DNA of 64,000 nucleotides from Leucoraja ocellata (GCA_036785375.1 JAWMAR010000268.1:1550001-1614000), one strand, 5' to 3'; shown: positions 23,336-37,244, numbered from the stretch's first letter. Translations and numbers: made by a program. Notes: generated by a model not told the origin, from the sequence alone.

Positions 23336-23478
23336 GTAAGATAAGCCTAGGTTATAAGTCCTAAAAATGGGTGTCCTTTGATACTGGTTAGTGCTAGTGT
23401 ACAGGGTGATGCACTGGTCGTTGCAGACTCGGTGTGCCAAATTACCTGTTTCCGCGCTATATCTCTAAAGGTCTAAAG

Positions 23479-23915
23479 GTGGCAGCATGGTGCATGTGGT
23501 AAAGCTGATGACTTACCTATCCAGAGACCTAGGTTCAATCTTGATTTATGGCGCCATCTCGTTTGCACATTCTCGTTATAACAATGTGGGTTTTCTGTGG
23601 GTGCTCCGGTTTCCTCCCACATCCTTAAATATGGGTTGGTAGATTAATTGGCTAATATAAATTGCTGCTAATGTAGGCAGTAGAATTTGGGGAGCAGTAG
23701 AATTTGGGGAGGAACTGATGGGAATTTTGGGGCGATAAAAGATGAGTGTAAAAATGAGTTGTTGATAGTTGCAGTGAACTCGCTGAGCTAAATGGCCTTT
23801 TTCTGTGGATAGACACAAAATGCTGGAGTAACTCAATGGGACAGGCAGCATCTCTGGAGAGAAAGAATGGGTGACGTTTCTGGTCTTCTTCAGACTTTCA
23901 TGTGTTGTACTTCTC
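23479..23915 (+). mobile_element. V-SINE-like element with a Penelope-derived arm inserted at ~23808-23895
   Basis: ggtggcagcatggtg...ggttcaatc; gggtgctccggtttcctcccacatcc domain; inserted gatagacacaaaatgctggagtaactc...cttcttcagac. Confidence 0.75.
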
Positions 23916-24899
23916 CAAAATTATAATATGGGGAAAATGTGAGATGGTTCTCTTGGGTAGAAAGTTCAAATGGAGATTTTAAACAGTGATTTGTTACAAC
24001 ATAAGAGAATACAAGTATTAGTATTTGTGTTCAGAAGGGTGTGGATGTCCTTTTACATGAAGTACACAATTAATATGAAATGGCAGCAAGGAGTTCGGAA
24101 GGTACCATCTATTGACCTTTATTTCAAATGGGTTTGCGAACAAGACCATTTTACTGGAATTGTATAGGGTCTGTCGAGACTGCATGTGACGTACTGTACA
24201 CTATAACGGGAGTGCAATGAGCACCAGAATGATTGATGGGGTGGTGGGTCTTGGGGTTCTATGAACTCAGTTTAAGCAAACTGGGCCTATGCTTTGGAAA
24301 AATAAGCGATGATCTTGCTGAAGTATACAAAACTCTTGGGTGGGGTTTTACCAAAGTGAATTTGGGTATGACATTGGTATTAAGTTGTCCCTGATGCGCT
24401 GTCTGCAATGAGTGATCACAGTCTCAAAGTCTGCTGTAAGAACTGAGAGGATAAATTAATTTTTTCAGAGGAGAATGATTCTTTTGAATTCTGCAGCCAT
24501 AGGTACTCGTACTCAAAACTGATACATTTGTTGGCTTTGAGGAGATGTGCTGTTGATTTAAAAGATCAGCATTGTGTAACAAGCAGGGCATCTGAATGCC
24601 CTGTTTATTAATGTTCTTGTGTTGACCATGTTAATGCTTTAAATTTGTCATTGTGTTAAGAAAATCCAATGTATTCCATTCTAATCTTAAAGAGCCATTA
24701 GTGGTTTAATGTAGGAAACATTATTACGATATATCTAGTAAATGTCAAGTTATTTAAATGATAACGGCATCATTATGGGAAGTGAGCATATGCTTATAAA
24801 TTTGGATCTGATGCTTTAGGAAAAATGTGCATGTACTGGAGAGAGTTCTAAAGTCTATACATTTTATTTCTAACCCAAAAATATATATTTTTATTTCAG

Positions 24900-25104
24900 A
24901 GTATGATGGCTATGATTACAGTTATACCCAAGATACCATACCCAGTACTGCAACAAATTACGGCTACAATGCTGGCAACAAGTCTTGGGAAGTTCCCAAA
25001 AATACAGCTACGGATACCATCATTGCTAAGATCAACAAGCGCCTGGATATGCTTTCTCAATTAGAGACTGAAAGTCAGGTGCAGGATACATACCAGGACA
25101 ACAG
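24900..25104 (+). CDS. AKAP8L: Gene B exon 3 (EYDGYDYSYTQD...DTIIAKINKRLDMLSQLE...QDNR)
   Basis: ttcag|AG TAT...AAC AG|gtattt; 205 nt, phase 1 to 2. Confidence 0.93.
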
Positions 25105-27311
25105 GTATTTGCTGGAATGTTGGAGCAAACAGGAAGAGTAATGTAATACGCAAGTTATTTTTAAAGGCATCACACTCACGAGAAGGCATTTCCCCTGCCT
25201 CAGTGTATTTTTGTTTGGAGAGGTTTTGTTGCTTAAAGAAAATTCACGTTTAAAGGCAAACTTTTAAATGCTGGAAAAATAACCAATTTTTGTGACTATG
25301 ACACTTGCTGTGTTTAATATCTACAGTTAATGTATACATTGCCTCTTCTCCAATGGTAATATTTTCAGTGTGTCATGCGAGGTATATGATGTAGAAGAGT
25401 ATTGGAAGCATTAAGAAATTCATTGCTCGGAAAAAATACAGGATTACAATTCCTTTTAGGTTGATGTTGTTTGACTTAAATAAGTTTCAGTTGGCTGTTT
25501 GATCGTTACATAAACATTTCAAATCTTATATTTTGAATCAGTAGAATTAAAGTTGTGTTGGTATTTCCATATATATAAAATCAATATTTTTACCAAACGG
25601 ATTAATTTCTCGGTTGAACTAGTAAATTGCTTTCAATTTATTTTCAAAATGAATAACCAGATTTTTATTGAATTATGTAATCTATAAATTTTAATTACGA
25701 GTTGCTAGTTTCTGCAATAATTGCACGAACATCAGTTTTGTTTACAATTTTTGAAATGCATGGTAAGGACTTGTTATATGCTAGCTGAAATGAATAAACT
25801 GATGAGAAATTAGTTGAGTGAAGTCTGTATATTGAAATTCAGAAGATTCTGAGCACCAGGAAAATAGGATGGGTTCATTTTGTTTTTAAATAGTAATGGT
25901 TATCTTAGGCATGTATGTTGAGGGTAATGAAACCAAGGCAGGTAGATGAAGATATGATGCAGATGTGTGACAATCCAATTGAATAGCCTGATGGGAAAAC
26001 TAACTTACTTCAGTTCACCTATTGGGACTGAAGTAGGCTAGTTATTTTTAGCATTCTTGCTGGTACATTGTAAACCAGTTGCAACATGCTTCATGGCTAT
26101 AAATCTTTAATACGTTTCAGCGAAATACTTCAATGAATTTTGGAAGAAATATTGGAACTTTACCAAACAAGGCTGATTTGTCTTCAGGAACTCTTCAGTA
26201 TTTGATGGAGTAGCTGTCTTGCAGAGTTGGAAAACAAAAATTTATGAAGATATTTAAATTCAACATTTTATTTTGTATCATCATTGATAGTTAGAAGCAA
26301 GGTGACAGTTTCTCCACATTTCTGTACACATTTGGCTTCTCATTATCTGTAGTGCATTTGACTGAAATTTGAAATTTGCACTATTGGTATATAGTGTAGT
26401 TGGACCTAAATGTTGAAAGGTTTCTATGCTGTGCACACCACAAGTTACTTGGACTGCATGTGCTCAAAGACCCTGGCGTAGTTTCAATCCCGCTTCACTA
26501 TCAGATCAGTTACTGGTGCAAGTCTGGCCTTGCTTGTGCTCTGAATATCTTTTCTTTGCTGTTTTGGATCCATTATAACATACGCAATCAATTTAGGAGG
26601 TGTAATTAAAATAGGGGCGTGAGACTGGATGTGAAATTGGCATTGTAATTGGGGCTTTAGTGGATTATTTGAAGAGAAATTTGTACTTGGCATAGAATGT
26701 GTAGCATGGTGGAAAATCCCATTGTTTCTGCTGGCTGCAAAGGTGAGATCTGTTTCATTAATATCCCCATGGACCTGCTCGATGATGTAATAATATTGAA
26801 GTCAAAATTTTGTTCTGTCATTTTAAGGTTGCCATTGAGTTCATAGCTTCTGTAATACCTTCCTCCACTCTATTCCTCATAACCCCATCCATCCTTCACC
26901 TGGCCATCACCTCCCCATGGCATATAACTTTAAAATGGCTAAAATCCAAAGAATGGTGGATTTTTCCATTCTGCTGTTAGCTGTATTGCAACATTCTAAT
27001 AAGTAGCAGTGTATACACTTCTGACTTCACTGCCTAAACAAAACTGTAGAACCTGCACCATAAAAAGGAATTTTGAAGTTTGTCAGTTAAACTTTTCAGA
27101 GTCCCATTTGCTCTAGTTTAGTAATTGCAATAGAAGTGTTTGTTAGAGGCTGGCCATTTCAGCCAGTACTATTTATTGCAAATCACATATGTTCTGTGAT
27201 TAGCTGAAACTGTTGTTTAGTTTTTAGTCTGCTGCAACAACTTGGCAGACTTGTACCATCATGCTTTCCACCTACTGACCAGATTCCTTGCTTACTGTGC
27301 GACTCTTTCAG

Positions 27312-27792
27312 GTTTACACCTTACGAGTCCTACGACTCCGGGTCTTCACTGAATGACCGTGATCTGTACAGATCTGGCTACGGTTACAGTGAATATGGGC
27401 CTGATTATAACGATTTCTATGGAGGTCGCTATGACCACTACGACAGCTCCTACGGGACCCGCAAAGATCAGTTCCAGAACAGAGCACGTGACTCATACGG
27501 CCCTACTAACCAGTGGGGCCAGAACTGGTCTAGAGACCGTCCTCAATATAACAGACCCAATCGGAACGACCCCTACATGTCACCTGCAAGTTCCGGGCGA
27601 ATGTCTGCACGCTGGAATGAGCTGTCGATGGGAGGCAGGGGCCACAACGCCGCCACCGCCTCCTCCTCAAGGAACCTCCCTTCGCTCTTCTCCCCAAACA
27701 TTATCCCCATGGACCTGTTCAGAGTTCAGGGATATGGAAGATCGTTAGGAGGTGGCAGACAGCGAAGGAGAGACAGGATTCGAATCAGAGGC
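27312..27792 (+). CDS. AKAP8L: Gene B exon 4 (FTPYESYDSGSSLNDRDLYRSGYGYSE...LPSLFSPNIIP...IRIRG)
   Basis: ttcag|G TTT...GGC|gtaagt; 481 nt; RDLYRSGY.YSE and LPSLFS.NIIP match AKAP8L. Confidence 0.93.
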
Positions 27793-30284
27793 GTAAGTAC
27801 CTTTTTTTTTTAATACTTTTTATTTTAAGCAGTAATGACTAGGGAAAATGAGGGAATTAATTTTTTTTATTGTTTTCTTATACCAGGCAGGTTGTCCTTT
27901 TTTTTTGAATTAGGATAGGAATTTTATTTATTTTCATGCTGAGGTGAGCCAATGTGATTTTGTACAAATGCTTTGCATCTTAGTGCAGCGTTTTTAGCTG
28001 TCTCAAATTCCTTTGTGGAAAGGCAGAAATCTTCAGTGTTCTTGAATCAATATGGTTATTAATTTGTGGAGAGTTGATAAAACTGAGTAATATTAATTTC
28101 CACTACCTTAATTTAGGAATATATCAACTAAGAATTGCTATTCAACCCAGGGTATGAGCACGTAGACACTCTTTGCACTTAAAGGACAATTTGTAAAACA
28201 GACATTATGGTTTTGTTTCCAATGAAAAAAACTGAGCATATCCTTTTCATTGTATTTATAATATAAGATTCAGAATTTCAGTGTTTCATACAACATACTG
28301 AGCACAAATTAAACAGCTGAATTTCCACAGCTAAATTGCTAGCGTTTCCACAGATTGATAAAACAAGGTTGTAAAGTGTTTTTCTGAACTTTTGCCTTTA
28401 ATCTTCAGCAAATTATATTCCAATTGTCATATTCAGTAATTAACTAAAGTACAATGTAGTACTATTTCCCTTATTGAACTGAAGGTCTACTTGTAGAGTA
28501 TGTGTAATGTTAGTTTAAAATGTAAGGGTGTCATACCTTTTTAAACAGTTTTCTAAATGTTGACTGTTTTAGTGAGATTATTAAATACGCACTACAGCCA
28601 TTCTGTTAGCTATTTGGGAGGCCGTAATATTTGTTTGTCAAGGTTCAAATTTGAAAGAAATTTCAGAAATATGAATTCCTTTCTGAACGTGGTAATCTGT
28701 TATTAAAATTATAAAAATAGTTGTATTGGTTTTGGGGTGCATGGCAGTGGTATCAGGGTAAGCCCTGATTTCTGCTGATAGTGGCCTGCTTTCGCTGATG
28801 AAAAATATTGTCGGGATGGATGCCTCGTTGATCCATCTTGCACATTTCAGTTTTCTCTTGATGCATTTCCATTGTCTTCAATCTCATTAATTGACATGAT
28901 CTTGCTTTTATCCTTGCTTTGTTTTGTTAACGTAAATCCACTTTTTCAAATTTGAGTTTGTCCAGAGTTTCATTTTGTATATAACAAAATGCTTTCGGGA
29001 ACAAATATGTCCAGGCCTTTCATGGTTTTAAACTTTTTTTTGAGATTCAGGTGTCTATCTTCTTCCACATACTGCTCATTTGAGTTACGTGATCAGCGTT
29101 GTAACTGTTTTTGTACTTCCATCAACTGTATCATTAGGAGATCAGAACTATATGTAATACTCCAGATATAGAGATTGTATCCTTCAGATATAGATCTGTC
29201 TGATGCTGGATTATCTTTTTGAATCTAGAAATTGCTCTTGTGTGGCTGTGCATCTCTACTTTGTGGTTAAAGGCTTAGAAGGCTTGTGTTTTATTGTTAA
29301 CTTTGTCCACTGAAACCTCACAATCTTGCTTTCTAATATGCTTCATGTATTGTAATTTGTCTCTAATTTGTTCAGATCTCCTTTCTTTCAAATTTCATTA
29401 CTATTTATTAAATTGCATCTTTTCGTCATCAACTGCTTAAAATTTGACATAATGTGTAAATTTGAACATAATTTTGTCATTTATGAAACCAGATATAAAT
29501 GACACTAGCTTTTATGTTAAATCTTGTGGTACTCCATCGTGTATTTGGTAACAGATTGCCATGCAAGATAAAGGTTTGATTGAGTAAAATGAAAATCGGA
29601 CCCAGCCTTAGCCAATTCAGGCCAGAACCTAAGTACCAAAAGTGGAGTGAGAAAATGCTAGCTGTGCTGCATGTGTATTATTATTCATCGAGAATGGAAG
29701 AAATAAGGGAGGGCTCATTGAGTAAAGTATGGATCTAGGCTGTTCTATCAGAAAATGTACCATAACATGTGCATAGTTGGGCTCTGATCTGGAGGCCAGG
29801 CTCAGTGGTGAGGCTGCAAAATATTATTGGAACGTAGGTAGTTGAATGGATTTGGAGTACAGATCACCCATGATGAAATTAAATGGTGGAACTGGCTGGA
29901 ATGGTATGTTATTATTCTTGTTCCAGACAGATCCTAGGCAATCTGCAGACCGATCACTTATCAATCTAGTTTAATACATTGCTTTCCATCGAATGGGTTA
30001 GTCCTTGTATAATATCCCCATAGTAAGCTCCTCTACATATGAATTGGCTCAGGGGTATGCCATTTGGCTCTTTGAGCCTGCTCAGCCTTATAATAGAGAT
30101 CGTGCCCAATCAGATTGTAATGTTGTCTTTGCATTTCTGCCTACAGTTCCCATTCATTCACTTATTGGCAATTTATCTATATCCGCCATATCGTTGAGAC
30201 ATTAAGCTTCATTTGAGGAAGAGACTCATGAACCTCTGAGAAAATGCATTTTGCCTCACTTGTCTTAAATTTTATTTATATGTT

Positions 30285-30542
30285 GAAGAATAAGGGGTAA
30301 GCCATTTAGAACGGAGACGAGGAAACACTTTTTCTCACAGACAGTTGTGAGTGTGGAATTCTCTGCCTCAGAGGGCAGTGGAGGCAGGTTCTCTGGATGC
30401 TTTCAAGAGAGAGCTAGATAGGGCTCTTAAAAATAGCAGTCGGGGGATATGGGGAGAAGGCAGGAATGGGGTACTGATTACATTGAATGGCGGTGCTGGC
30501 TCAAAGGGCCGAATGGCCTACTCCTGCACCTATTGTCTATTG
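30285..30542 (+). mobile_element. CR1 LINE 3' fragment
   Basis: WNSLPQRAVEAGSLDAFKRELD; 3' UTR gaatggcctactcctgcacc and (ctattgt) tail. Confidence 0.88.
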
Positions 30543-32589
30543 TCAGTGACCTTTAGTTCAAGATTCTCCCACAGTATATCCTCTCCACATACAGTCTTTT
30601 AATGAGAACTCAATCACAGGCCTTCTGCAAAGCATACACCTTGTCTATACAACATTTCTTCATAAGGCCACACCTATTACAAATATCATTCCATATACTA
30701 AATTTTGAGTAAGTGTGAAATGGACAATTTCTCCCAAAATTGCAATGTGAAATCTTTAGTCTCGAAGACCCTTGGGGACAGAATTACAAAGAGTAGATTG
30801 GTGAAGACCAGCATGGGTGGCTTTTTTATCACTGTGAACAGATACATGCCATTTTGTCTAAATGGTGGAGGAACGGGAGGAGAAGCTGATCTGAAGGTCA
30901 ATGAGAAAACAATCAGCAGTTTAATAACGTTAAGAAAGTTACACTACCGAGAAGTGGCTCAAGGTTCATAACGATTAATCTTGCATGAAGGAGATTTTGG
31001 AGAAGGCATTGGCTTTTTCTCTGGGTCCAATCTACAATGTTTTATGGCAAAGTGATTTGAATACCATTCCAAGAGCAGAGTCTGGGCGAAATTACGTAAA
31101 GTTGCACATTCGTAAGTCATGTCTTCTGTAACCTGGGAATAAGACTTCCCTGCACTTCATTACCAACCCTTTCCCCTTTTTACTTAACCAGTCTATATCC
31201 CTTTGTAGCCTACAATGTCCTCTGCTCAACTTATTTTCTACCTATGTTTATCATCAGCATATTTGACATCAGTACCTATGGTGTTTTCATGCAAGTCATT
31301 TGTGTAATTAATTTTATAAAATTTCCCATGACATCTCTCTAATGATTATGGTTCATATCAAATGTCTTCTGAGCTGACTTGACACTCTCCACTTTTTGGC
31401 CAGATTTACGAAGGAATATATTAACCATGTCAATAACGTCCCTTCTTAAAAGCAATGTTGATGCGTGCCCCACTTGAAACTGCTTGATGCTTTCAAGCAC
31501 ATCAAACTCTTATAAAGTTAACATTTGACCTGTGCCTTTTCTAGCTTTGAAGATGGATGTCATGTTTGCTGTTTTTCAATCCATTCAAATTTGGCCGGGG
31601 TGCAGTGGACTTTAGGGAGAAATATCCATCTGCTCTGCATTGAATCTGTTCTTTCAAGATCATGAGATAAAACAAAAAGTAATTGCTGCCTTCAGCTTAA
31701 ATTGCCTCTACAATGTTCCACTTCTCATGATTTTGGTTTATTTAATCTATGTTCATATTCAATTTTGTAATTTATTCTTTCTTTTGGGAATATAACAAGT
31801 CTATCCTGCAATCTCCTGTCTTGCTGCCTCGCTGTTATATTCTGTGGTCAGCCCCACTCATTGCTTGCACTTACGTTTGATGCTTGTTTTGTAATTAATA
31901 TGATTAGTTAAATTGTGGAATAATTGAACTGCAATGCTTTGTCATCTGATTTGCAGGAATTGGACATAATTGAAAGTTAAAAAAAAAAAGATTAATTTTC
32001 TTGGCTTGTAGGCATAGTTCAAAGCATGTTGACAGCCTATTAATTAGTGAAATTGTGTATAGTAACAAAAGAAATGCTACATTCTTGACTTGTGATCAGT
32101 CAGTCACAAGTTAGGTTGCTTACTTTAATTCAGTGTAAAATATACTGGATACTTTATGAGTGAATGTATTAATCAATATAACACACTTATTTAAAAATAG
32201 TTGAAATACATTTCATTTTGTTTGGACAATTCAATGTATTTTCTACTCTGACAACTATCATTTCCAGCATTTGACTGAAGAGAGTAACAAGTTTCTGCAT
32301 TACTGAGTCATATAATAATTATAGATATTTGATCTGTCAACGTCTCGTGAATTCACTCCATATTTGTGGCAACTAACTTTATAAGCAGTATCTGGATAAT
32401 GACTTGAGTTATATTTCTAGGCCATGTGTGGGTATTCATTTGTATATGCCATGTTATCTATTAACTGGGAGAAGCATTTTTTATGGGATGTTTCAAAATG
32501 GTGACAGATATAGTTCATCACAAACATAAGCTGTCAGGTCCAGAATGCTGAATGACAATAAGAACAATACTGCAGCACTTTCAAATACT

Positions 32590-32845
32590 TTTTTAAGGGA
32601 AACGTTTAATAGGAACCCGGGGCAACTTTTTCAGAGGGTGGTGGGAATTTGGAACGAGCTGCCAGTGTAGGTAGTTGAGGCAGGTACCATAACATGTAGA
32701 AGGCATTTGGACAGGTACATGGATAGGAAAGGTTTAAAGGGCTAGAGGCCAAATGCCGGCAGGTGGAACTGGTGGATGGGGCATCTTGGTTGGCATGGGC
32801 AAGTTGGGCCAAATTGCCTGTTTCCATGCTGTATGACTCTATGAC
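32590..32845 (+). mobile_element. CR1-type LINE 3' fragment
   Basis: cagagggtggtgggaatttggaacgagctgcca...cctgtttccatgctgtatgactctatgac tail. Confidence 0.8.
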
Positions 32846-33315
32846 ATGGCTGATGCAGTCAACGTATGATGGAACTACAGCATACTTCTGCAGCTAGTCC
32901 AAAAGAGTGATGGTTTAGAGCTTCCTTTAACCACAGCATTCAGTTTCAAGTAGTGCCCTTAAACTTGTTGTTTGTTAGCAGTGACTTGGCCGTGGCATAT
33001 TTATGAAACATATTAGAAGAGCAAATTATGGTAAACTTCAATTGCCAATTACTGTAGATTATTGAGGAATAAGCTACCTCGGGGTCAGAAGCTCTGATTC
33101 CTAGAGGACACCAAAGTAATTGAATTAGAAACAGTAATTGCATTTGTTTTGTGCTCACTTGTAGTCACGTCACTAAAACTTAAAACTGGACCATGGTTTG
33201 AAAAAATATATACAAGCAACATGGGAGGTTTTGTTCGCCATAGTTTTTGCTTGAATGCTTTTTAAAAACAGTGGCTGCCTAATTTGTAGAAATTAAATAG
33301 TCTGATTTTCAACAG

Positions 33316-33421
33316 ATGAAGAAAAGAGATGCGGGATTTGGGAGGAAGAGGAAAATGTCTACGGATAGTGCTGAGGAGCCAGAGAACAAACAGGCGAAAA
33401 CTGAAGATGGGTCCGATGCAG
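33316..33421 (+). CDS. AKAP8L: Gene B exon 5, NLS (MKKRDAGFGRKRKMSTDSAEEPENKQAKTEDGSDA)
   Basis: aacag|ATG...GCA G|gtatgc; 106 nt, phase 0 to 1. Confidence 0.9.
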
Positions 33422-34276
33422 GTATGCTTGCATCCCACCTCAACCAACTTCTCTCTCTTCACTTCTCTCTTCTGGAGCCTTGAAATCATTGACTTTCCTA
33501 GGTATGGCGGGCAAAATATTTAAATGCATGTAGCACCATATTTAGCCCAATTCCATCATGTTGTTTTCACATGGACTTTTCTAATAAGGTTAACAAAATG
33601 GCAGTCAAAGAGGTTTTCTTGTAAAGTCTTATGTATTTCCCCTCTCCACATTCAAAGGGTGGCCAGTATTTGTGTATAAAATGTATAGGTTTTCCTCTCA
33701 AATTTGATATTCGTCTGTGTTTAAGTACGGATTGTACATTCAGGCCAATTTAATACTTTAGTTCCTTGCTTTACATTTTTTTTTCACTGATGCCCTCTTC
33801 TTAATTCGGTACTGTACCAGTGACTGTCATATGCATCTATTCCAAAGAAGGCCTGTTCATCCAAGGCTTCGTGTCATAGCAAGGTGGGTCACAAAGAATT
33901 GTGAAACTGCTATGTTATTCCCCCCTATTTGGTGTGCTACTGCAAGCGGTGATCAGAGGTTTGGTTCAAATTTGCAGTTGTGGACTAGAAATGTCATTGT
34001 ATTGTTGTCCATTAAGTAGGTTTGACTGTGATTTCTTTTGTTTTGACTGGTCTGAATAGAGAAGGTAGTACAGTTGAGGGGGAAAATTGCTGTGTTCCTT
34101 CATTTATTAAAATAGAGTGGCTTTTGGAAGTTCATAATGATGCTGGGATAGTCGTGTACAGACCAACAGTATTATAAATTTGTCTTTATCACTAAACGGT
34201 TTAAATAGCTATGGGAATTGCTAACATGTGTAAGATTTTGCTGCAGCCTGCAGTTAGTCAACAAATGATATATTTA

Positions 34277-34454
34277 AGACGGAACTGCAGATGCTGGAAA
34301 ATCGAAGGTACACAAAAAAGCTGGAGAAATTCAGCGGGTGCAGCAGCATCTATGGAACAAAGGAAATAGGCAACTTTTTGGGCCGAAACGTTGCCTATTT
34401 CCTTCGCTCCATAGATGCTGCTGCACCCGCTGAGTTTCTCCAGCTTTTTTGTGT
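34277..34454. mobile_element. Palindromic Penelope-derived short element, subfamily B, 16-bp TSD
   Basis: Near-perfect inverted arms; exact direct repeat acaaatgatatattta at 34261-34276 and 34455-34470. Confidence 0.88.
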
Positions 34455-34664
34455 ACAAATGATATATTTAGCTTGCCTGGTTTTGATTTGCACAATATCT
34501 TGCTGTATCTTAAACTCTCACATATTTGTTACAGATTGAGTTTTTTTTTTAAAAGGCTCTTAAATATTTGATTGCAATTATTGTTCAATTTTAATAGACT
34601 ATCCCATGAAATTCATGAAACGTATTACTAGTTTTGTATACAATTGTCCTGTGTTTTGTTTCAG

Positions 34665-34699
34665 CGGAAGATGATGGTGCTGAATCTGGTGATGGCGGT
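34665..34699 (+). CDS. AKAP8L: Gene B exon 6 (AEDDGAESGDGG)
   Basis: ttcag|CG GAA...GGT|gtaagt; 35 nt, phase 1 to 0. Confidence 0.8.
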
Positions 34700-35594
34700 G
34701 TAAGTAATATCTAGATGCTATTATTTTGTATTACCTTAAAAGCACAACTTGTCTGCAGTATGGTGAAGAAATTGGCCCATTTCATACAATTTAAGCTGTG
34801 CATGGTTTTGAAAAATGTACTAAACTGTAGTACAAATGAGTTTGAACAGTTCACAAGCTTGCTTCTGCCATCTTGTGGTGGAGAAGGAGAAGTGAAAGAC
34901 AATTCTTGGAACCACCAGTAATTAATATCTAATGTATTGGACAACATCTGAATGTACCACAGGGTCGGTTTTTAATGCTCATCTTTTAAAGGGGAGATAG
35001 AGGTAAACCAAATAATTACAAGACAATTAGTTTCCCTTTAAAGAAGGGAAAATTATGGAAATCCATTTTGGGATAAACCTTCATTTTGTGATTGATAGAA
35101 GGATTAAATTCGAGGATGATAGTAAGGATATGAAAGTGTGGAGGAGACAAAAAAACTAATCACATTTGAACAATGCTTGGGTGTGTATTTGAACACCCTG
35201 ACCTGCAGAACTGTGGAATTTATGCTGAGACCAGGCAGGAGAGCTCTTTGATATGATGGGCCAATGAGCCACTGGATAGATTTCCTATGATTTTTGTCTT
35301 AATGTGGAGGACCTGAATACTTAGTTGTGCTGTGATCAGTAGACCTGTAGCAGTCTTAGCTTTTCCTTTGAATCCAGCTGAGTAAATGACTGAACCTGTA
35401 TGGGATTAATTGTGGAGGTAACTTTGCTGTCAATCCTTGCACCATACCACCACCGCCACAGTGGGGAGGTTTGGAGAAACTACATTTACAGGCTTTGCAA
35501 TTTTTAAATGGTTAAATGTAGAATACGTTTCTAATATTGTTAGTTAAAGCACGGGAGCACGGATAGTTTTTAAAATGATCTCTTTTGATTCCAG

Positions 35595-35637
35595 ACTGGC
35601 GATGGTAAGGATTCTGAGGACAAGAAACCAAAGCGCT
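35595..35637 (+). CDS. AKAP8L: Gene B exon 7 (TGDGKDSEDKKPKR)
   Basis: tccag|ACT...CGC T|gtaaga; 43 nt, phase 0 to 1, needed to join exons 6 and 8 in frame. Confidence 0.75.
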
Positions 35638-36730
35638 GTAAGATCAACTTGTTTTAAATGTGACATTCTCAAAAACTGTTTTCCTTCCTTAAACCAATGG
35701 GTTTTTTTTGTTCAATGTTCCATCTGGGAAGAGTGTCATATAAATATCCTGGGTTGTTTGATGTTTTTGCTCATTGAATAAATGATTAGGAATTAGAAAT
35801 TGTGACAGGAAATAGAGTTATCTTGAAGTTGGGGAGTATTGCAGTTGAGGAGGTGCTAGAACTAGCATTGCATTTGAGGATGTTGTAGACATCTTAAGGT
35901 ATTTGAAGATGGATTAAACTTCTGGGTCTGATCAGAGATCCTCTCGCATCACAAAGATGTGGTTTAGTAGGTTAACTGGCATAAATGTGAATAGCCTGAG
36001 TGTGTAGGGAGTGAACATAAAGTTAGTGTGAAAGGGTGATCGATGGTCAGTCAGCGTGGACTCAGTGGTGTATGCTGTATCTTCATTTTGTTTTGTAGAC
36101 AATCTGTATAAGTGGGTTAGAGTAGAAATGGCAATTTATTGAAACACACACACATAATTTTAACAGTTTTAATAATATGTGACAGTCAAATGCAAAATAG
36201 TAATCAGTGTGAGGTATAAACAAATCCTTGCACTTGAGCTACCAAATCAACAAAGCTTAACAATTGGTCACTTTCATTTAAGTTAGAAATGGATCTAGAC
36301 ATTGGAGAGGAGGGGGAATTGGATAGTAATTTTAAAGGTTGATTCATAATGGCTGAAGACCTTAGGCAGGTGGTTGAAGGGGAATACACAGCTTGGTTAG
36401 CATCAGGTGAACCCTAAAATTCAGCAGACCAGGTACTTTGATTTACTCTAGCAAGGTGGGAATATCAGATTCTCGTTATTGGTCATCGCTGGAGTATTGT
36501 GTAATGGGGATAATTTATTCAGCTTTGTTTAAAATTGATCACTAACTAGTTAGAGATGGTTGTATCTTCAGGAGCATTACAGAAGGAGAGCTATGTCGAG
36601 TGATATGGATGGGGATCTAGTTTTGTATTGGCCAGTCAAACTACTAACTGATGCGTGAAGATGAGTAGAGGAGCTGTGTACGTATTTTGTTGATGTTTTT
36701 GTGCTGAAATTTGTGGTTTGTTTTAATCAG

Positions 36731-36797
36731 TTCCCACAATGCAAGAAAAGAAGAAGGCAAACAAACCAAAAAAAAATCGGGACCGTCTTGCAGAAAG
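36731..36797 (+). CDS. AKAP8L: Gene B exon 8 (PTMQEKKKANKPKKNRDRLAER)
   Basis: atcag|TT CCC...GAA AG|gtgatt; 67 nt; matches the RDR..(D/E)R segment before zinc finger 1. Confidence 0.85.
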
Positions 36798-36890
36798 GTG
36801 ATTGTCAACAGCGCAGGAAGAAATTCCTCGACTCTTGAGTTATTCACACCGTGCAGTCCTTCCCTTGACGTGCATATCTTTCTGTTGCAG

Positions 36891-37032
36891 GATAATGTAT
36901 GCTTGCTCTGTTTGCAAGTTTCGTACCTTTGAAGATGAGGATATTACTACCCATGTGGACAGTAAATACCACAGTGAAACCTTCAAATTCATTGCGTCCA
37001 AACTCGACCAGCAGACAGCTGACTTTTTGCAC
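36891..37032 (+). CDS. AKAP8L: Gene B exon 9, AKAP95-type zinc finger 1 (IMYACSVCKFRTFEDEDITTHVDSKYHSETFKFI...FLH)
   Basis: tgcag|G ATA...CAC|gtatgt; 142 nt; C-x2-C...H-x5-H. Confidence 0.95.
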
Positions 37033-37244
37033 GTATGTATTGTGGTTCTCTTCATCTTTGGAAAAAGCAGCTGTGCTACAGAAAAACAATGTGATGTCTA
37101 AATACTTCTAATTATGCTTGTGTATGAATAATCAATGTGCAAATGTTTATTGAATAGTAGAGGCAAGGTCTATCTATGCCTTATAATTTTTCTAATAAAC
37201 GCAGTAGCAATATCCTGTGTGCATAATATCTGAATCTGTTTTAG

